64,000 nt of DNA, taken from assembly GCA_026461505.1 (NCBI GenBank), contig JAPJMW010000109.1, positions 177 through 64,176 on the forward strand, written 5' to 3'. The number at the start of each line of letters is the position of its first letter. Positions within the stretch are counted from its first letter, which is position 1. The notes under the pieces are model-generated. The model searched no databases, was not told the origin of the DNA, and was given only the letters and a program-made list of their open reading frames with translations. The position numbers and the translations under genes are program-made. The DNA comes from Beijerinckiaceae bacterium (GTDB lineage: Bacteria; Pseudomonadota; Alphaproteobacteria; Rhizobiales; Beijerinckiaceae). Of this stretch, positions 18,630-28,704 are shown one piece after another.

Positions 18630-20105
18630 TCAGACTGGGGTATCCAGATAGGTCTTGACCGTCTTCTCGGCACCATCCTTCCAGAGAGCATTCAGATAAT
18701 AGGAAAAGCGCTTCTGCATCTCCGGATGCTTGCCAACATCACCATAGATATCAGCCATTTCAAGCCAGACTTGTGGGTTCTCTTTCGCCAATTTGGCGCG
18801 GGCCTGCAAAGCATCCCAATTCGGATCATTCGGTTCGATCACCGCGCCGCTATCGGTCGTGCCGAAGCAGTAGCGGCACCAAAGCGCCGATTCAAGCGCT
18901 AGACCATCAATCGACTGATTGTCTTTCAAACGATCGGCAATCGGCGGTACAATAAATTTGGGTTGCCTATTTGATCCATCAAGGCAAAGACGTCTGATGG
19001 TGTCACCCACTTTCGGATTGGAAAAGCGACGATCGATCAATTTTTGATAATCGACGAGATTTGTTCCGGGCACCGGATGGACGGTAGGACGGATTTCTTC
19101 ATCGGTTACTTTTTTAAGATAGGCCTTGATCAGCGGATTAAGCATTGCATCATGCACGAAATGGAAATCCAGCAGGCCACCAATATAGGCGATCACGGCA
19201 TGCCCGCCATTCAAAATGCGGATCTTCATATATTCCCAAGGGGTGACGTCTTTTACAAATTCCGCACCGACCTTCTCCCATTCGGGACGGCCTAAAGGAA
19301 ATTGATCTTCGACTACCCATTGTTTGAATTCTTCACAGAAGACAGGCCACTGGTCCTCAACCCCAAATTTTTCTGCACATAATGCTCGCTCGCGGTCCCC
19401 TGTCGCGGGCGTGATACGATCCACCATCGCATTCGGAAAAGCGACATTGTTCTCAATCCACACTGCGAGCGCCGGATCAGACAAGCGTGCCAAACCCACA
19501 ACTGCATGACGCGTAACAGAGCCATTATGTGGAACATTGTCACAGGACATTACCGTGAATGGCGGTATATTTTTTTCTTTGCGCGCCTTCAGACCAGCAA
19601 CAATAAAACCGAAAACCGTTGCGGGATCATTAGGATGAGCGCCGTCCTGCGCAATCGCAGGATGCGTCGGATCAAATTTCTGCGTCGCGGGATTGATAAA
19701 ATATCCCCCTTCGGTAATCGTCATAGAGACAATACGGATCGCAGGATTAACAAACCATACGAGAAGTGAAGCCTTGTCCGACGGTGGTATAAAATCAATC
19801 ATCGACCCTGTGATATGGGCAGAGGAAACTTCGTTATCCTGCTCAACCACCGTAGTAAGAAATTCCTGTGCAACAAGCTTTTGCCGCATCGATTCATCAA
19901 AGGCCATGACGCCTGCGCCAATAATCGCCCAATCATGATTAAGCCCTTTGTTGAATAGATCATCAAGATAGACAGCTAGATGGGCGCGATGAAAATTGCC
20001 GACGCCAAAATGTAAAATGCCCGGGGTCAATTGAGCACGACTATAGGTGGGGACGTCAATTTTCTTTGCAATTTCAGGCAAATTGGTAAGAGTGAGTTTG
20101 GTCAT
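18630..20105 (-). CDS. Long-chain mannitol-dehydrogenase-family polyol dehydrogenase (mannitol 2-DH or D-arabinitol 4-DH type)
   Basis: ..GILHFGVGNFHRAH.., ..ITEGGY.., ..FTVMSCDNVPHNG.., ..FPNAMVDRITP.. and ..KIRILNGGH.. match the mannitol 2-dehydrogenase family. 491 aa. Confidence 0.85.
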   Translation of the reverse strand: MTKLTLTNLPEIAKKIDVPTYSRAQLTPGILHFGVGNFHRAHLAVYLDDLFNKGLNHDWAIIGAGVMAFDESMRQKLVAQEFLTTVVEQDNEVSSAHITGSMIDFIPPSDKASLLVWFVNPAIRIVSMTITEGGYFINPATQKFDPTHPAIAQDGAHPNDPATVFGFIVAGLKARKEKNIPPFTVMSCDNVPHNGSVTRHAVVGLARLSDPALAVWIENNVAFPNAMVDRITPATGDRERALCAEKFGVEDQWPVFCEEFKQWVVEDQFPLGRPEWEKVGAEFVKDVTPWEYMKIRILNGGHAVIAYIGGLLDFHFVHDAMLNPLIKAYLKKVTDEEIRPTVHPVPGTNLVDYQKLIDRRFSNPKVGDTIRRLCLDGSNRQPKFIVPPIADRLKDNQSIDGLALESALWCRYCFGTTDSGAVIEPNDPNWDALQARAKLAKENPQVWLEMADIYGDVGKHPEMQKRFSYYLNALWKDGAEKTVKTYLDTPV

Positions 20106-20301
20106 TGAAACATTCCTCTAAACTAAATGAGGGAAACGGCACGAGAGGCCAGCGCCATAACGGGGGCATTCGTGTTGCCCGACGGAATAAAGGGCATAGC
20201 TGAGGCATCGTCAGTAAGTTTTGCGTCGATGAGGGTTGAAAGCGAACTGGATTTTGAACGTATCGGCAGACAATGATAGCCTTTGAATGAAAACCTAAAG
20301 C

Positions 20302-20754
20302 TCACGCCTTATATTTGATATCGATCGCATTGATCGCTTGAACATTATCGGCTGAGCGGCCCTTTTCATCGAAGCTCTGCGCGAGAAACGCGTTGGCAAT
20401 GGTTTTGGCCAATTCCGTGCCAATAACGCGCGCGCCCATCGTGATAATCTGGGCATTATTGGATAGCGCAGCACGCTCTGCCGAATAGGTATCATGGGTC
20501 AGTGCAGCGCGGATGCCTGGCACCTTATTGGCCGCGATGCAAACGCCGATGCCTGTACCACACACCAGAATAGCCCGATCATATGTGCCTTTGATTACCC
20601 CTGATGCAACCCGATCAGCGAGATTGGCATAAAACGCATCGGCACCCTGCTCGGTGCGCGAAAGTTCGGAAACTTCAAAACGGTCTTTGAGATGTTCCGC
20701 GAGCGTGTGAGCCAAAGCTTCTCCTGCGCTATCTCCTGCAATGGCTAATTTCAT
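20302..20754 (-). CDS. rpiB: RpiB/LacA/LacB-family sugar-phosphate isomerase
   Basis: 150 aa with [11 protein letters not shown].., ..[17 protein letters not shown].. and ..[12 protein letters not shown].. Confidence 0.85.
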   Translation of the reverse strand: MKLAIAGDSAGEALAHTLAEHLKDRFEVSELSRTEQGADAFYANLADRVASGVIKGTYDRAILVCGTGIGVCIAANKVPGIRAALTHDTYSAERAALSNNAQIITMGARVIGTELAKTIANAFLAQSFDEKGRSADNVQAINAIDIKYKA

Positions 20755-20888
20755 ATTTATTTCCTGATTAAACTACGGTAAATTTCGCCAAAATATCAAT
20801 ATAGCCGTACATCACCCAAGCTGAATTACCAATGAAGAAAACGTCAATAAGATGGACATGACACAAGCTCCTTGTCCAGCCCCTTTTC

Positions 20889-21220
20889 ATGTACCAGTGG
20901 TTATGTATTCACAAATATGGCTTCAAGCACGGGTCGGCGCATGCCAAGAGCATAATTCGGTCGGCTGAGGTTGTATTGTTTGAGCCATTGGATGATGACG
21001 GTTTGGGACTGCCAGTTTGTTGCATCAATGCGGCACGGTGTGTTTTGGTAGTGATCCTGCGACCTCGGTGCTCGATTCCCATTGTCGGGTTCGGGATATC
21101 GACAATCTTTACGTTGTTGACGCCGCCTTTATGCCGTCATCAACGGCACTCAATCCATCTCTAACGATTTTAGCCAAAGCTATTCGGACCGCCGATCATA
21201 TGATTGTGCAACGGTCCTAA
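20889..21220 (+). pseudogene. Truncated, frameshifted 3' remnant of a second GMC oxidoreductase gene
   Basis: 21017-21220 encodes only the GMC C-terminus (..HQCGTVCFGSDPATSVLDSHCRVRDIDNLYVVDAAFMPSSTALNPSLTI..). Upstream sequence continues in another frame, with no N-terminal FAD domain. Confidence 0.55.
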
Positions 21221-21555
21221 AGCAGCATTTAAAACTGCAGTAATTGGCAAAGGGTGTGCAATTTTTCCCCCTTTGCCTCAGTTTTTACCGATTCAAGCCA
21301 GCAATTGGCGGGTCCCACGCAGCCTCGCATCTTGAACGTGCGGACACTCAATTGTCGACAATCCCAAATATATTTGGTCAACCATCACATTGAATGAGCA
21401 TCGCCAGTTGACATTTAAGTTAGTTTGGCGAAACTCACGAAATGAAATTTTGAACCGTTGGTTAACAATTGTTCAATACGGCAAACAGTCTGGTCGTTAT
21501 ACCCAGATCGTCAGCGTAAAAAAGGCGTCGCCGTTAATGGGTGGGAGGCGTGAGA

Positions 21556-22473
21556 GTGGTGGTACAAGCGAGTAATCGCCAAGAAACGCGTAAACCGTTT
21601 GCTCTTCCACGTTTTTTAACAGCGGAGCATCCGTTTCCGTGGCTGCTTCCAGCAACAGCGATGATGGTTATCTTCGGTATTTATCCGCTGGTTTATGCGA
21701 TCTGGCTTTCGCTTCACAAGCGCAATGTGGTTACGCGAGCCAATGTGTTCGACCCTGCCTATAATTGGTTTAAAGTTTTGCATGATGAGCGTGTATGGAA
21801 TGCGCTTGGAAATACGCTGCTCTATACGGTTATAGCGCTTACTATTCAACTCGTGCTTGGGCTTTTAATTGCCCTTCTCCTCGACTCCGACCGGAAGGGA
21901 TACAGCATTCTTCGCGCCTTGATGACGTTGCCACTCGTGGTGCCGCCTGCCGTTACAGCGATGATGTTTTTATTGATGTTGGATGGCTCATTTGGTGTTT
22001 TGAGCCGCTCGCTTTATGCGCTGAATTTGTTGTCGCCTGCCAAGCCGATTTTAGCCAATAGCTCAACAGCGCTTGCGGGCGTTTTATTGGCTGATATTTG
22101 GCAATGGACGCCCTTTATGGTGCTGATCATGATGGCGGGTTTGCGTTCGTTACCAAAGGAGCCGTTTGAAGCCGCCGCAATCGATGGAGCAACGGCTATT
22201 CAGGCCTTTTTCCGCCTTACTTTGCCTCTGATGTCGCGCGTCATCGCCATTGCCGTTTTAATCCGCGGCATAGACCTGTTTCGCATTTTCGATTACGTTA
22301 AGGTAATGACAGATTCGGGGCCGGGAACGGCTACAGAAACGCTAACCTCCTACTCGGGCCGTATCTACTTCACTGGCGAGTTTACATATGCCTCAACGAT
22401 CGCTTTATTGACACTCATTATCGTTATCGTTGTTTCGACTATCTTTATGAAGCTTTTCCGGGTGAAACTCTGA
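21556..22473 (+). CDS. CUT1-type carbohydrate ABC transporter permease (MalF/UgpA-like)
   Basis: Six predicted TM segments and an EAA loop ..EPFEAAAIDGATAIQAFFRLTLPLM.. The start is uncertain: GTGs at 21541, 21550 and 21556, and the last lies 7 nt behind GGGAGG. Confidence 0.85.
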   Translation: MVVQASNRQETRKPFALPRFLTAEHPFPWLLPATAMMVIFGIYPLVYAIWLSLHKRNVVTRANVFDPAYNWFKVLHDERVWNALGNTLLYTVIALTIQLVLGLLIALLLDSDRKGYSILRALMTLPLVVPPAVTAMMFLLMLDGSFGVLSRSLYALNLLSPAKPILANSSTALAGVLLADIWQWTPFMVLIMMAGLRSLPKEPFEAAAIDGATAIQAFFRLTLPLMSRVIAIAVLIRGIDLFRIFDYVKVMTDSGPGTATETLTSYSGRIYFTGEFTYASTIALLTLIIVIVVSTIFMKLFRVKL

Positions 22474-23381
22474 TGGAACAGCCTGTTCATCTCCAGCGTC
22501 TGCGGGATATCATTGCCATCCTCATTGTAGCCCTTTTTATGTTTCCGATTGCGTGGTGGGCGTTGACATCAATCAAGCCGATGAGCGCGATGTTCAACAA
22601 AGATAAGGTTGTTGTTTTTGATTTTGAACCAACATCGGTCAATTACCGAGTTGTGATGCTCGGACAATCGCGCTCGGAAATAGCGATCGAAAGCGGTTCG
22701 ACATTTGGCGTTGGTGGATCAAGCTCCTATGATTCACGGCGCACCATTTTGGACTCCTTGCTGATTGCAATTGGTTCAACGACACTGACAACTCTAATTG
22801 CGATGCTGGCATCCTATGCGTTATCGCGTATGTCATTTCGAGGCCGCGATTCATATCTGAATTGGGTTTTAGGGCAACGCTTTATGCCGCCCATTGCCAT
22901 CATTGTTCCCTTGGTGACGATGTATAAAACAGTTGGCATGCGCGACACCGACAATCTCTATTTAGGGTATGTCGGGCTAATTTTGATGCATGCATTGATC
23001 AATCTGCCGATCGCGATTCTCTTGATGAAAAGCTTCTTCGATGACGTTCCAAAAGACGTTGATGAAGCAGCCATGATTGATGGAGCAACACGCTGGCAGA
23101 CCTTCGGTAAGGTCGTTATGCCGATGGTGCGGGGCGGAATGGCTGCAACAGCCGTGCTTTGTTTTATCTTCTCATGGACCGAATTCCTTCTATCGCTGTT
23201 TCTTACAACAACGATCCGAACGGTTCCGGTCAAAATTACGACATTCGTGACGTCAACGGGCTCGGAGTGGGGTTTCATATCGGCGCTGGGAACAGCGGCC
23301 ATTGTCCCTGGCTTTATCTTTATTTTGCTCGTTCAAAAGCATCTGGTCCGCGGACTTACTCTTGGTTCGTTAAAAGAGTAA
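22473..23381 (+). CDS. CUT1-type carbohydrate ABC transporter permease (MalG/UgpE-like)
   Basis: EAA loop ..DVDEAAMIDGATRWQTFGKVVMPMV.. The start overlaps the previous stop (TGATG). Confidence 0.9.
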   Translation: MEQPVHLQRLRDIIAILIVALFMFPIAWWALTSIKPMSAMFNKDKVVVFDFEPTSVNYRVVMLGQSRSEIAIESGSTFGVGGSSSYDSRRTILDSLLIAIGSTTLTTLIAMLASYALSRMSFRGRDSYLNWVLGQRFMPPIAIIVPLVTMYKTVGMRDTDNLYLGYVGLILMHALINLPIAILLMKSFFDDVPKDVDEAAMIDGATRWQTFGKVVMPMVRGGMAATAVLCFIFSWTEFLLSLFLTTTIRTVPVKITTFVTSTGSEWGFISALGTAAIVPGFIFILLVQKHLVRGLTLGSLKE

Positions 23382-23426
23382 AGCTTCGGACGAGATAGAG
23401 AAGGCTCAAATCAGGGAGGCAATAAA

Positions 23427-24944
23427 ATGAGCTTCAAAGAATATGATAAAAAAACCTATCTGGCCGATACGGCCCGAGCGTTTGCAAATCGGAAGATCAG
23501 CAAGCGTGAATTTTTGAAAAAGGCTGGCTTGGCTGGTCTTGGGTTCTCGGCTTTTGGCGCGGGTATGCTCGGAAATCAACGCGTGTTCCGTGGTGATTTA
23601 TCGACATCCTCGGCATATGCCGGACAGGCTGAAGATCTCACCAAATGGCTGAAAGATGTTGGCTCAAAATTTAAGGGCCAAAAGATCCGCTACACCTCGG
23701 AAGCTACGCCACCAACCGTCGTTCTTAACCAAATCAAAAAGGAATTCACCGATCCGACTGGTATTGAAGTCGAGATCGAAATAGTTCCGCTTGAGCAGGT
23801 TTTGGCTAAGGCGCTCCAAGACGTTCAGGGCCAGCTCGGTTCCTACGATCTCTATTATCTTGATCAGTCCTGGTCAGCAACGTTTGCCAATGACGTCGTT
23901 GATCCGATCGAGCTCTATAAGAGCAAAAAGGACCTTGCGCTGCCTGGCTTTGATTGGGATGACTTCTCCAAGCCACTGATGGATGGCCTCGCAATGTATA
24001 AAGGAAAATGCACGGGCATTCCGTTCGATATTCCGATCTTTATAACGATGTATCGCCAGGATATATTAGACAAGCATGGCATTAAGCCGCCATCAACGGT
24101 CGATGAATTCACCGCTGCTGTGAAAGCCATTACCGCTGCCGAAAAGGGCAATGGTATGTACGGCACGGGCCTGCAGGCTAAATCCGGCCACTATTCGCTT
24201 GAATGCGATTGGACGCAGGCAATTTGGAACGAAGGTGGTTCGATCTTCACCAAGGATAAAAAGTTTTCTGGTAACGATGAGGCCGGTATTCGCGGTCTTA
24301 AGTGGTATCAGGAAATGCTGAAGAACGCTCCGCCGCAGTCGACAGCAGCAAATTGGGACGGTCAGTTCGAAATGATGGCAGCGGGCCAGTGCGCGCTTGT
24401 TACCAGCTGGGACGAGTTCTTCCCAGGTCTCGATGCCGACGACTCGAAGGTAAAGGGCCTCTGGCAGCCTCTGAAACCCGTAACAGGCAAGCCTCTGCGT
24501 AAGGTCTCCGATGCAGGCTTCGGTGAAATCCCGAACTATGGTCACCAGGGCGGCTCGACGTTGAGCCTCTCCAAATATGCCAAAAATCCAGATGCTGCAT
24601 GGATCTTTATGCAGTGGGCTTGTTCGAAAGAGATCATGACCCGCTGCACGTTGACAGGCGGCTTTGCTCCAATGCGTCTGTCCTCCTTCGCTGACCCACG
24701 CGTCAAAGAAAAGGCTCGTGTCGGGGCAGGCACGACGCGCCATCTTGATGTTGTCAAGTGGACGATCGACAATGCCATGGCTTCCGAGCCAGACATGCCA
24801 CTCTGGGCTGGCTTCTCGACCAACGAACTTCCGATCGAACTCGGCAAGCTTGTGACGGGCCAAGACTACAATGGCGACGCGAAAAAGTGCATGGATAATG
24901 TCGCTAAACTGATCGACGCAAAGGTTAAGGAAGCGGGTCTCTGA
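23427..24944 (+). CDS. Extracellular solute-binding protein (large CUT1-type SBP, 505 aa)
   Basis: Tat-like leader ..SKREFLKKAGLAGLGFSAFGAG.. and a family-1 SBP-like body. It lies after its two permease genes. Confidence 0.85.
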   Translation: MSFKEYDKKTYLADTARAFANRKISKREFLKKAGLAGLGFSAFGAGMLGNQRVFRGDLSTSSAYAGQAEDLTKWLKDVGSKFKGQKIRYTSEATPPTVVLNQIKKEFTDPTGIEVEIEIVPLEQVLAKALQDVQGQLGSYDLYYLDQSWSATFANDVVDPIELYKSKKDLALPGFDWDDFSKPLMDGLAMYKGKCTGIPFDIPIFITMYRQDILDKHGIKPPSTVDEFTAAVKAITAAEKGNGMYGTGLQAKSGHYSLECDWTQAIWNEGGSIFTKDKKFSGNDEAGIRGLKWYQEMLKNAPPQSTAANWDGQFEMMAAGQCALVTSWDEFFPGLDADDSKVKGLWQPLKPVTGKPLRKVSDAGFGEIPNYGHQGGSTLSLSKYAKNPDAAWIFMQWACSKEIMTRCTLTGGFAPMRLSSFADPRVKEKARVGAGTTRHLDVVKWTIDNAMASEPDMPLWAGFSTNELPIELGKLVTGQDYNGDAKKCMDNVAKLIDAKVKEAGL

Positions 24945-24960
24945 TCCATCCCAACCAATG

Positions 24961-24991
24961 ATGGAGGTGGCCTAGGCCACCTCCATTTTTT
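24961..24991 (+). terminator. Perfect 26-bp palindrome plus T-run after the SBP gene
   Basis: ATGGAGGTGGCCT/AGGCCACCTCCAT (24961-24986) is followed by TTTTT. The next ATG is at 25010. Confidence 0.75.
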
Positions 24992-25009
24992 CCGGAGCAT
25001 AATTCTGAC

Positions 25010-26539
25010 ATGTTGAAAGATATCGTCATCGGGGTCGACTCATCGACCACCGCTGCCAAGGCGATTGGCTGGGACCGACATGGTCACGCGATGGCTGAGG
25101 GTCGAGCGTCCGTTCCGTTGTCTAACCCGCATCCCGGCTTTTTTGAGCAGGATGCGGCTGACTGGTGGTCTGCGGCAGCGACGGCGATCAGCCAAGTGGT
25201 TGCCACAGTGGGAGCCGATAGAATAGCTGCTGTTGCGATATCTAACCAACGCGAAAGTTTTGTTGCCCTTGATGAAGCTGGTGAACCGGTTCGCCCCGGT
25301 ACCTTATGGCTGGATGAGCGGGCAAAAATTGAAGTTAAAGAATTAGCCGAACGATTTGGTGGTAATCGTATTCATCAAGTTACAGGCAAGCCGTGCGATG
25401 TGACGCCGGGTATTTACCGTCTGGTATGGATGAAAAAGCATGAGCCTGAAAAGTTCGCGCGTTTTCGGACCATAACCGAGGTTCACGCTTATCTTACCCA
25501 TCGACTAACTGGAAAATTTATAACTTCGACGGCATCTGCCGATCCGCCCGGATTTCTCGATATGGCGTCGATGGATCACGCTCGTGACCTTATGGCAGAA
25601 ATCGGGCTTAACGAAACGCAATTTCCTGCCATTGTTCGCCCCGGTGAGGTGATGGGCGCGGTCACAGAAACGGCCTCCAGAACAACAGGGCTGTGGGCAG
25701 GAACACCCGTCGTTGCAGGCGGCGGAGATGGGCAGTGTGCGGGTACGGGGGTCAATGTGTTCACACCCGGTCGCGCTTATGTGAATATGGGAACGGCTCT
25801 TGTCTCGGGCACCTATTCGCGCACTTATGGTATCAACCATGCGTTTCGGACGATGGGGGCGGTGTCGGACGAAGGTTATATTTTTGAGAGCGTCAATCGC
25901 ACCGGTACGTTTCTGGTGGATTGGATCTTGCGTGAATTGTTTAATGCCGATCCGCGCTTGGAGGCGACACTTTTCAAGACCTTAGAGAGCGAAGCAGCGT
26001 TAGCGGGCGTAGGGGCTGGCGGTATGGTGCTTGTACCTTATTGGTCGGGCGTGATGACGCCTTACTGGCGCACAGAAGCGCGAGGTATTATCGCAGGTCT
26101 TAATGCTTCCCATAAACGCGGGCATATCTACCGCGCAATGTTGGATGGCTTGTCGCTTGAGCAAGCGCTAGCCACCGACAAAGCTGCAGCCGCCGTTGGA
26201 TCGCCAATCGATCATTATGTAGCGATCGGTGGTGGCTCCACATCCGATCTTTGGTGTTCGATTTTAGCCGATGCCTCTGGCCGAACCGTTGTGCGCTCAT
26301 CGACCGTTGAGGCTTCCTCGCTTGGCGCGGCAATGGCTGCTGCTAAGGGAGCGGGTTGGTATACAACAATTGAGAATGCGGCAGCCTCAATGGCCGGCGA
26401 GGAAACGCGTCGCTTCGTGCCTGAGGAGAAGACTGCCAAGCGCTATCGCGCATTGATGGCGATTTATGCCGATCTTTGGCCGCTTCTGGCGAACTGGAAT
26501 GCCCGCCTTGCGGCGTTTGCCGATGAGAGTGTCGAGTGA
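25010..26539 (+). CDS. FGGY-family carbohydrate kinase (paralogue 1 of 4)
   Basis: ..IGVDSSTTAAKAI.., ..NQRESFV.. and ..GGGSTSDLW.. follow FGGY N- and C-domain patterns. 509 aa. Confidence 0.85.
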   Translation: MLKDIVIGVDSSTTAAKAIGWDRHGHAMAEGRASVPLSNPHPGFFEQDAADWWSAAATAISQVVATVGADRIAAVAISNQRESFVALDEAGEPVRPGTLWLDERAKIEVKELAERFGGNRIHQVTGKPCDVTPGIYRLVWMKKHEPEKFARFRTITEVHAYLTHRLTGKFITSTASADPPGFLDMASMDHARDLMAEIGLNETQFPAIVRPGEVMGAVTETASRTTGLWAGTPVVAGGGDGQCAGTGVNVFTPGRAYVNMGTALVSGTYSRTYGINHAFRTMGAVSDEGYIFESVNRTGTFLVDWILRELFNADPRLEATLFKTLESEAALAGVGAGGMVLVPYWSGVMTPYWRTEARGIIAGLNASHKRGHIYRAMLDGLSLEQALATDKAAAAVGSPIDHYVAIGGGSTSDLWCSILADASGRTVVRSSTVEASSLGAAMAAAKGAGWYTTIENAAASMAGEETRRFVPEEKTAKRYRALMAIYADLWPLLANWNARLAAFADESVE

Positions 26540-27879
26540 TGACAGTTTCCGCCTCCCATAAAACGAACTGGAACGCTCTGCTAGAAGATATTATCTCTGG
26601 CGTATGGAAAGATCCTGCAACAGGTAAATCAGCAATTATTCCGTTTGAAACAATCCTGATTGAGGACAGTTTGGATGGCCGTGAGGCTGATCTGGTAGCC
26701 CATTTACGGTTGGGGACGAGACTAGCTGTTGTTTCCGATACAAACACGTTTGAGGCGATGGGCAGGCGCATTGGCCAAGCGCTCAAAAAGATTGCAACCA
26801 TTGATGAGATCGTGCTGCCAAGCGATATCAGCTGCGATGAGCCAACCATTGCAAATATTCAGGACTTAACGCGCCACGCCGATGGCGTTGTTGCGGTTGG
26901 ATCTGGCGTGTTATCGGATAGCTGTAAATACGCGACATTTAAAGACGGTCGTCCGTTTGCCGTTTTCGGAACAGCTGCTTCCATGAACGGATATGCCGCC
27001 TCAACGGCATCGGTCACCTTGTCGAATGGCTTTAAAGTTTCCCTGCCTGCCCATGCGCCGAGAGGTATTTTTCTTGACCTTGCGGTTACGGCGGCTTCAC
27101 CCACCTATCTAGGCGCATCGGGTCTTGGCGATAGTCTTTGCCGCCCGACAGCGCAGGTCGATTGGTGGACATCTCATCGGCTCTTTGGAACGCTTTATTC
27201 GGATACGCCTTATCTTTTGCAACGGGCTGATGAGGCGGCCATGCTAGCAACTGCTAAAGGTTTGGCAAGCGGGGACCGGAACGCAGCCGGGCATTTACAA
27301 CGTGTTTTGACGCTGTGCGGCCTTGGTGTTTGTTTTACCGGCGTTTCCAACCACGGTTCAATGGGCGAGCATCAAGTATCGCATTGGGTCGATATGTTCG
27401 CTGGAGCTGCGCATCCCGGTTCCACCCATGGCCAACAGGTCGGAGTGGCGTCCCTAGCCATTGCTCGGTTGCAGCATCGCATCCTTTCAATGGAGACCCC
27501 GCCGGAAATTGGCCCCACCCGTATTGATGAGTTGAGGATGATGCGCCGCTATGGTTCAGAGATCGGTCCGATGTGTATCGCTGAAGCCAGCAAGAAGGCG
27601 ATGAACGCGGTCCAAGCTCGGGCGTTCAATCGTCGGCTTGCTTCCATTTGGCCGACCTTGCGTTCGGAACTGGCTCCGATGTTACTACCAGTTGAAACCA
27701 TGACATCCGCCCTGATGGTTGCTAAAGGACCAATCGATGCCGACACCCTCGGCTTGCCGCGTCCAGTATGGCGTGATGCGCTCAAATATGCGCGCGAGAT
27801 CCGCAATCGCTGGTCCTTCCTCGATTTGGCAGATGATGCCGGTCTGCTTGACGATTTTTTAGACGAGGAGCGGCTATGA
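26539..27879 (+). CDS. DHQS/Fe-ADH-superfamily dehydrogenase resembling sn-glycerol-1-phosphate dehydrogenase (AraM/G1PDH-like)
   Basis: ..VVAVGSGVLSDSCKYAT.., ..GTAASMNGYAS.., ..GLGDSLCRPTAQVDW.. and ..HGSMGEHQVSH.. line up with G1PDH and glycerol-DH nucleotide and metal sites. The start overlaps the kinase stop. Confidence 0.6.
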   Translation: MTVSASHKTNWNALLEDIISGVWKDPATGKSAIIPFETILIEDSLDGREADLVAHLRLGTRLAVVSDTNTFEAMGRRIGQALKKIATIDEIVLPSDISCDEPTIANIQDLTRHADGVVAVGSGVLSDSCKYATFKDGRPFAVFGTAASMNGYAASTASVTLSNGFKVSLPAHAPRGIFLDLAVTAASPTYLGASGLGDSLCRPTAQVDWWTSHRLFGTLYSDTPYLLQRADEAAMLATAKGLASGDRNAAGHLQRVLTLCGLGVCFTGVSNHGSMGEHQVSHWVDMFAGAAHPGSTHGQQVGVASLAIARLQHRILSMETPPEIGPTRIDELRMMRRYGSEIGPMCIAEASKKAMNAVQARAFNRRLASIWPTLRSELAPMLLPVETMTSALMVAKGPIDADTLGLPRPVWRDALKYAREIRNRWSFLDLADDAGLLDDFLDEERL

Positions 27880-28688
27880 AACCGCTCTCCGCAATGTCGG
27901 TTCAGACTCGCCGTGCCATCGAAGGCGTTTTTACCGATATCGATGACACAATCACGACCGATGGTCGCTTGCATGCCGACGCCTATGCTGCGATCGAAAA
28001 TCTTTCAAACGCTGGATTTGCGGTGGTGCCGATAACCGGGCGTCCGGCTGGCTGGTGTGACATGGTAGCGCGTTTTTGGCCAGTTGCCGGTGTGATTGGC
28101 GAAAATGGCGCGTTCTATTTCCGCTATCATGCTGAGACCAACACGATGGTTCGTCGCTTTATGCAGAGTGTCGATGAACGCACGGAGGGACGGCGGAAGC
28201 TGGAAAAGGTCAAGCAACGCGTTTTGGCAGAAGTTCCGGGTGCAGCTGTGTCCGCTGATCAAGTTTACCGCGAGAGCGATTTGGCGATCGACTTCTGTGA
28301 AGATGTCCCACCTTTGACAGCAGAAGCTGTTGACCGAATTGCAGCTATATTTTCGGAAGAGGGTGCGGTTGCTAAAATCTCATCCATTCATGTGAATGGA
28401 TGGTATGGGTCTTACAATAAATTGTCTATGACGCGACTTTTTGCGGCGGAAGTTTTAGACACCGACCTTGAGACCAATAAATCCCTTTATGTTTATTGTG
28501 GCGACAGCCCCAATGACGCCCCCATGTTCGGCTTTTTTCCGAATGCGTGTGGGGTCGCCAATGTTAACGACTTCATTGGTCGCATCGAAGCGCTGCCTGC
28601 CTATGTTGCAGAGGGCCGCGGCGGTGCTGGATTTGTCGAAATCGCCAATGCTCTTTTAACCGCCCGTACAGCTCAAATTAGATCATAA
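27876..28688 (+). CDS. HAD-IIB (Cof/sucrose-phosphatase-like) sugar-phosphate phosphatase
   Basis: Motif I FTDIDDTIT, ..ITGRP.. and motif IV CGDSPND. ATGA overlap with the upstream gene. Confidence 0.8.
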   Translation: MKPLSAMSVQTRRAIEGVFTDIDDTITTDGRLHADAYAAIENLSNAGFAVVPITGRPAGWCDMVARFWPVAGVIGENGAFYFRYHAETNTMVRRFMQSVDERTEGRRKLEKVKQRVLAEVPGAAVSADQVYRESDLAIDFCEDVPPLTAEAVDRIAAIFSEEGAVAKISSIHVNGWYGSYNKLSMTRLFAAEVLDTDLETNKSLYVYCGDSPNDAPMFGFFPNACGVANVNDFIGRIEALPAYVAEGRGGAGFVEIANALLTARTAQIRS

Positions 28689-28704
28689 AGGACAGTGAAA
28701 TATC

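Noticed and set aside
20123-20305. 60-codon minus-strand ORF whose GTG start overlaps the rpiB stop (GTGA)
   Set aside because: Ser-rich with no recognisable family. It could be a relic of a deleted gene. The evidence is not enough to call it a CDS.
21390-21575. 61-codon ORF in the leader region of the transporter operon
   Set aside because: Non-ATG start, no SD, and an overlap with the likely permease start. The composition is unremarkable, so it is probably spurious.
24093-24863. 256-aa ORF on the minus strand inside the solute-binding-protein gene
   Set aside because: It is entirely antisense to a well-supported gene. Its composition is Arg/Ala/Pro/Cys-rich with no motifs, typical of a shadow ORF in moderately GC-rich coding DNA.
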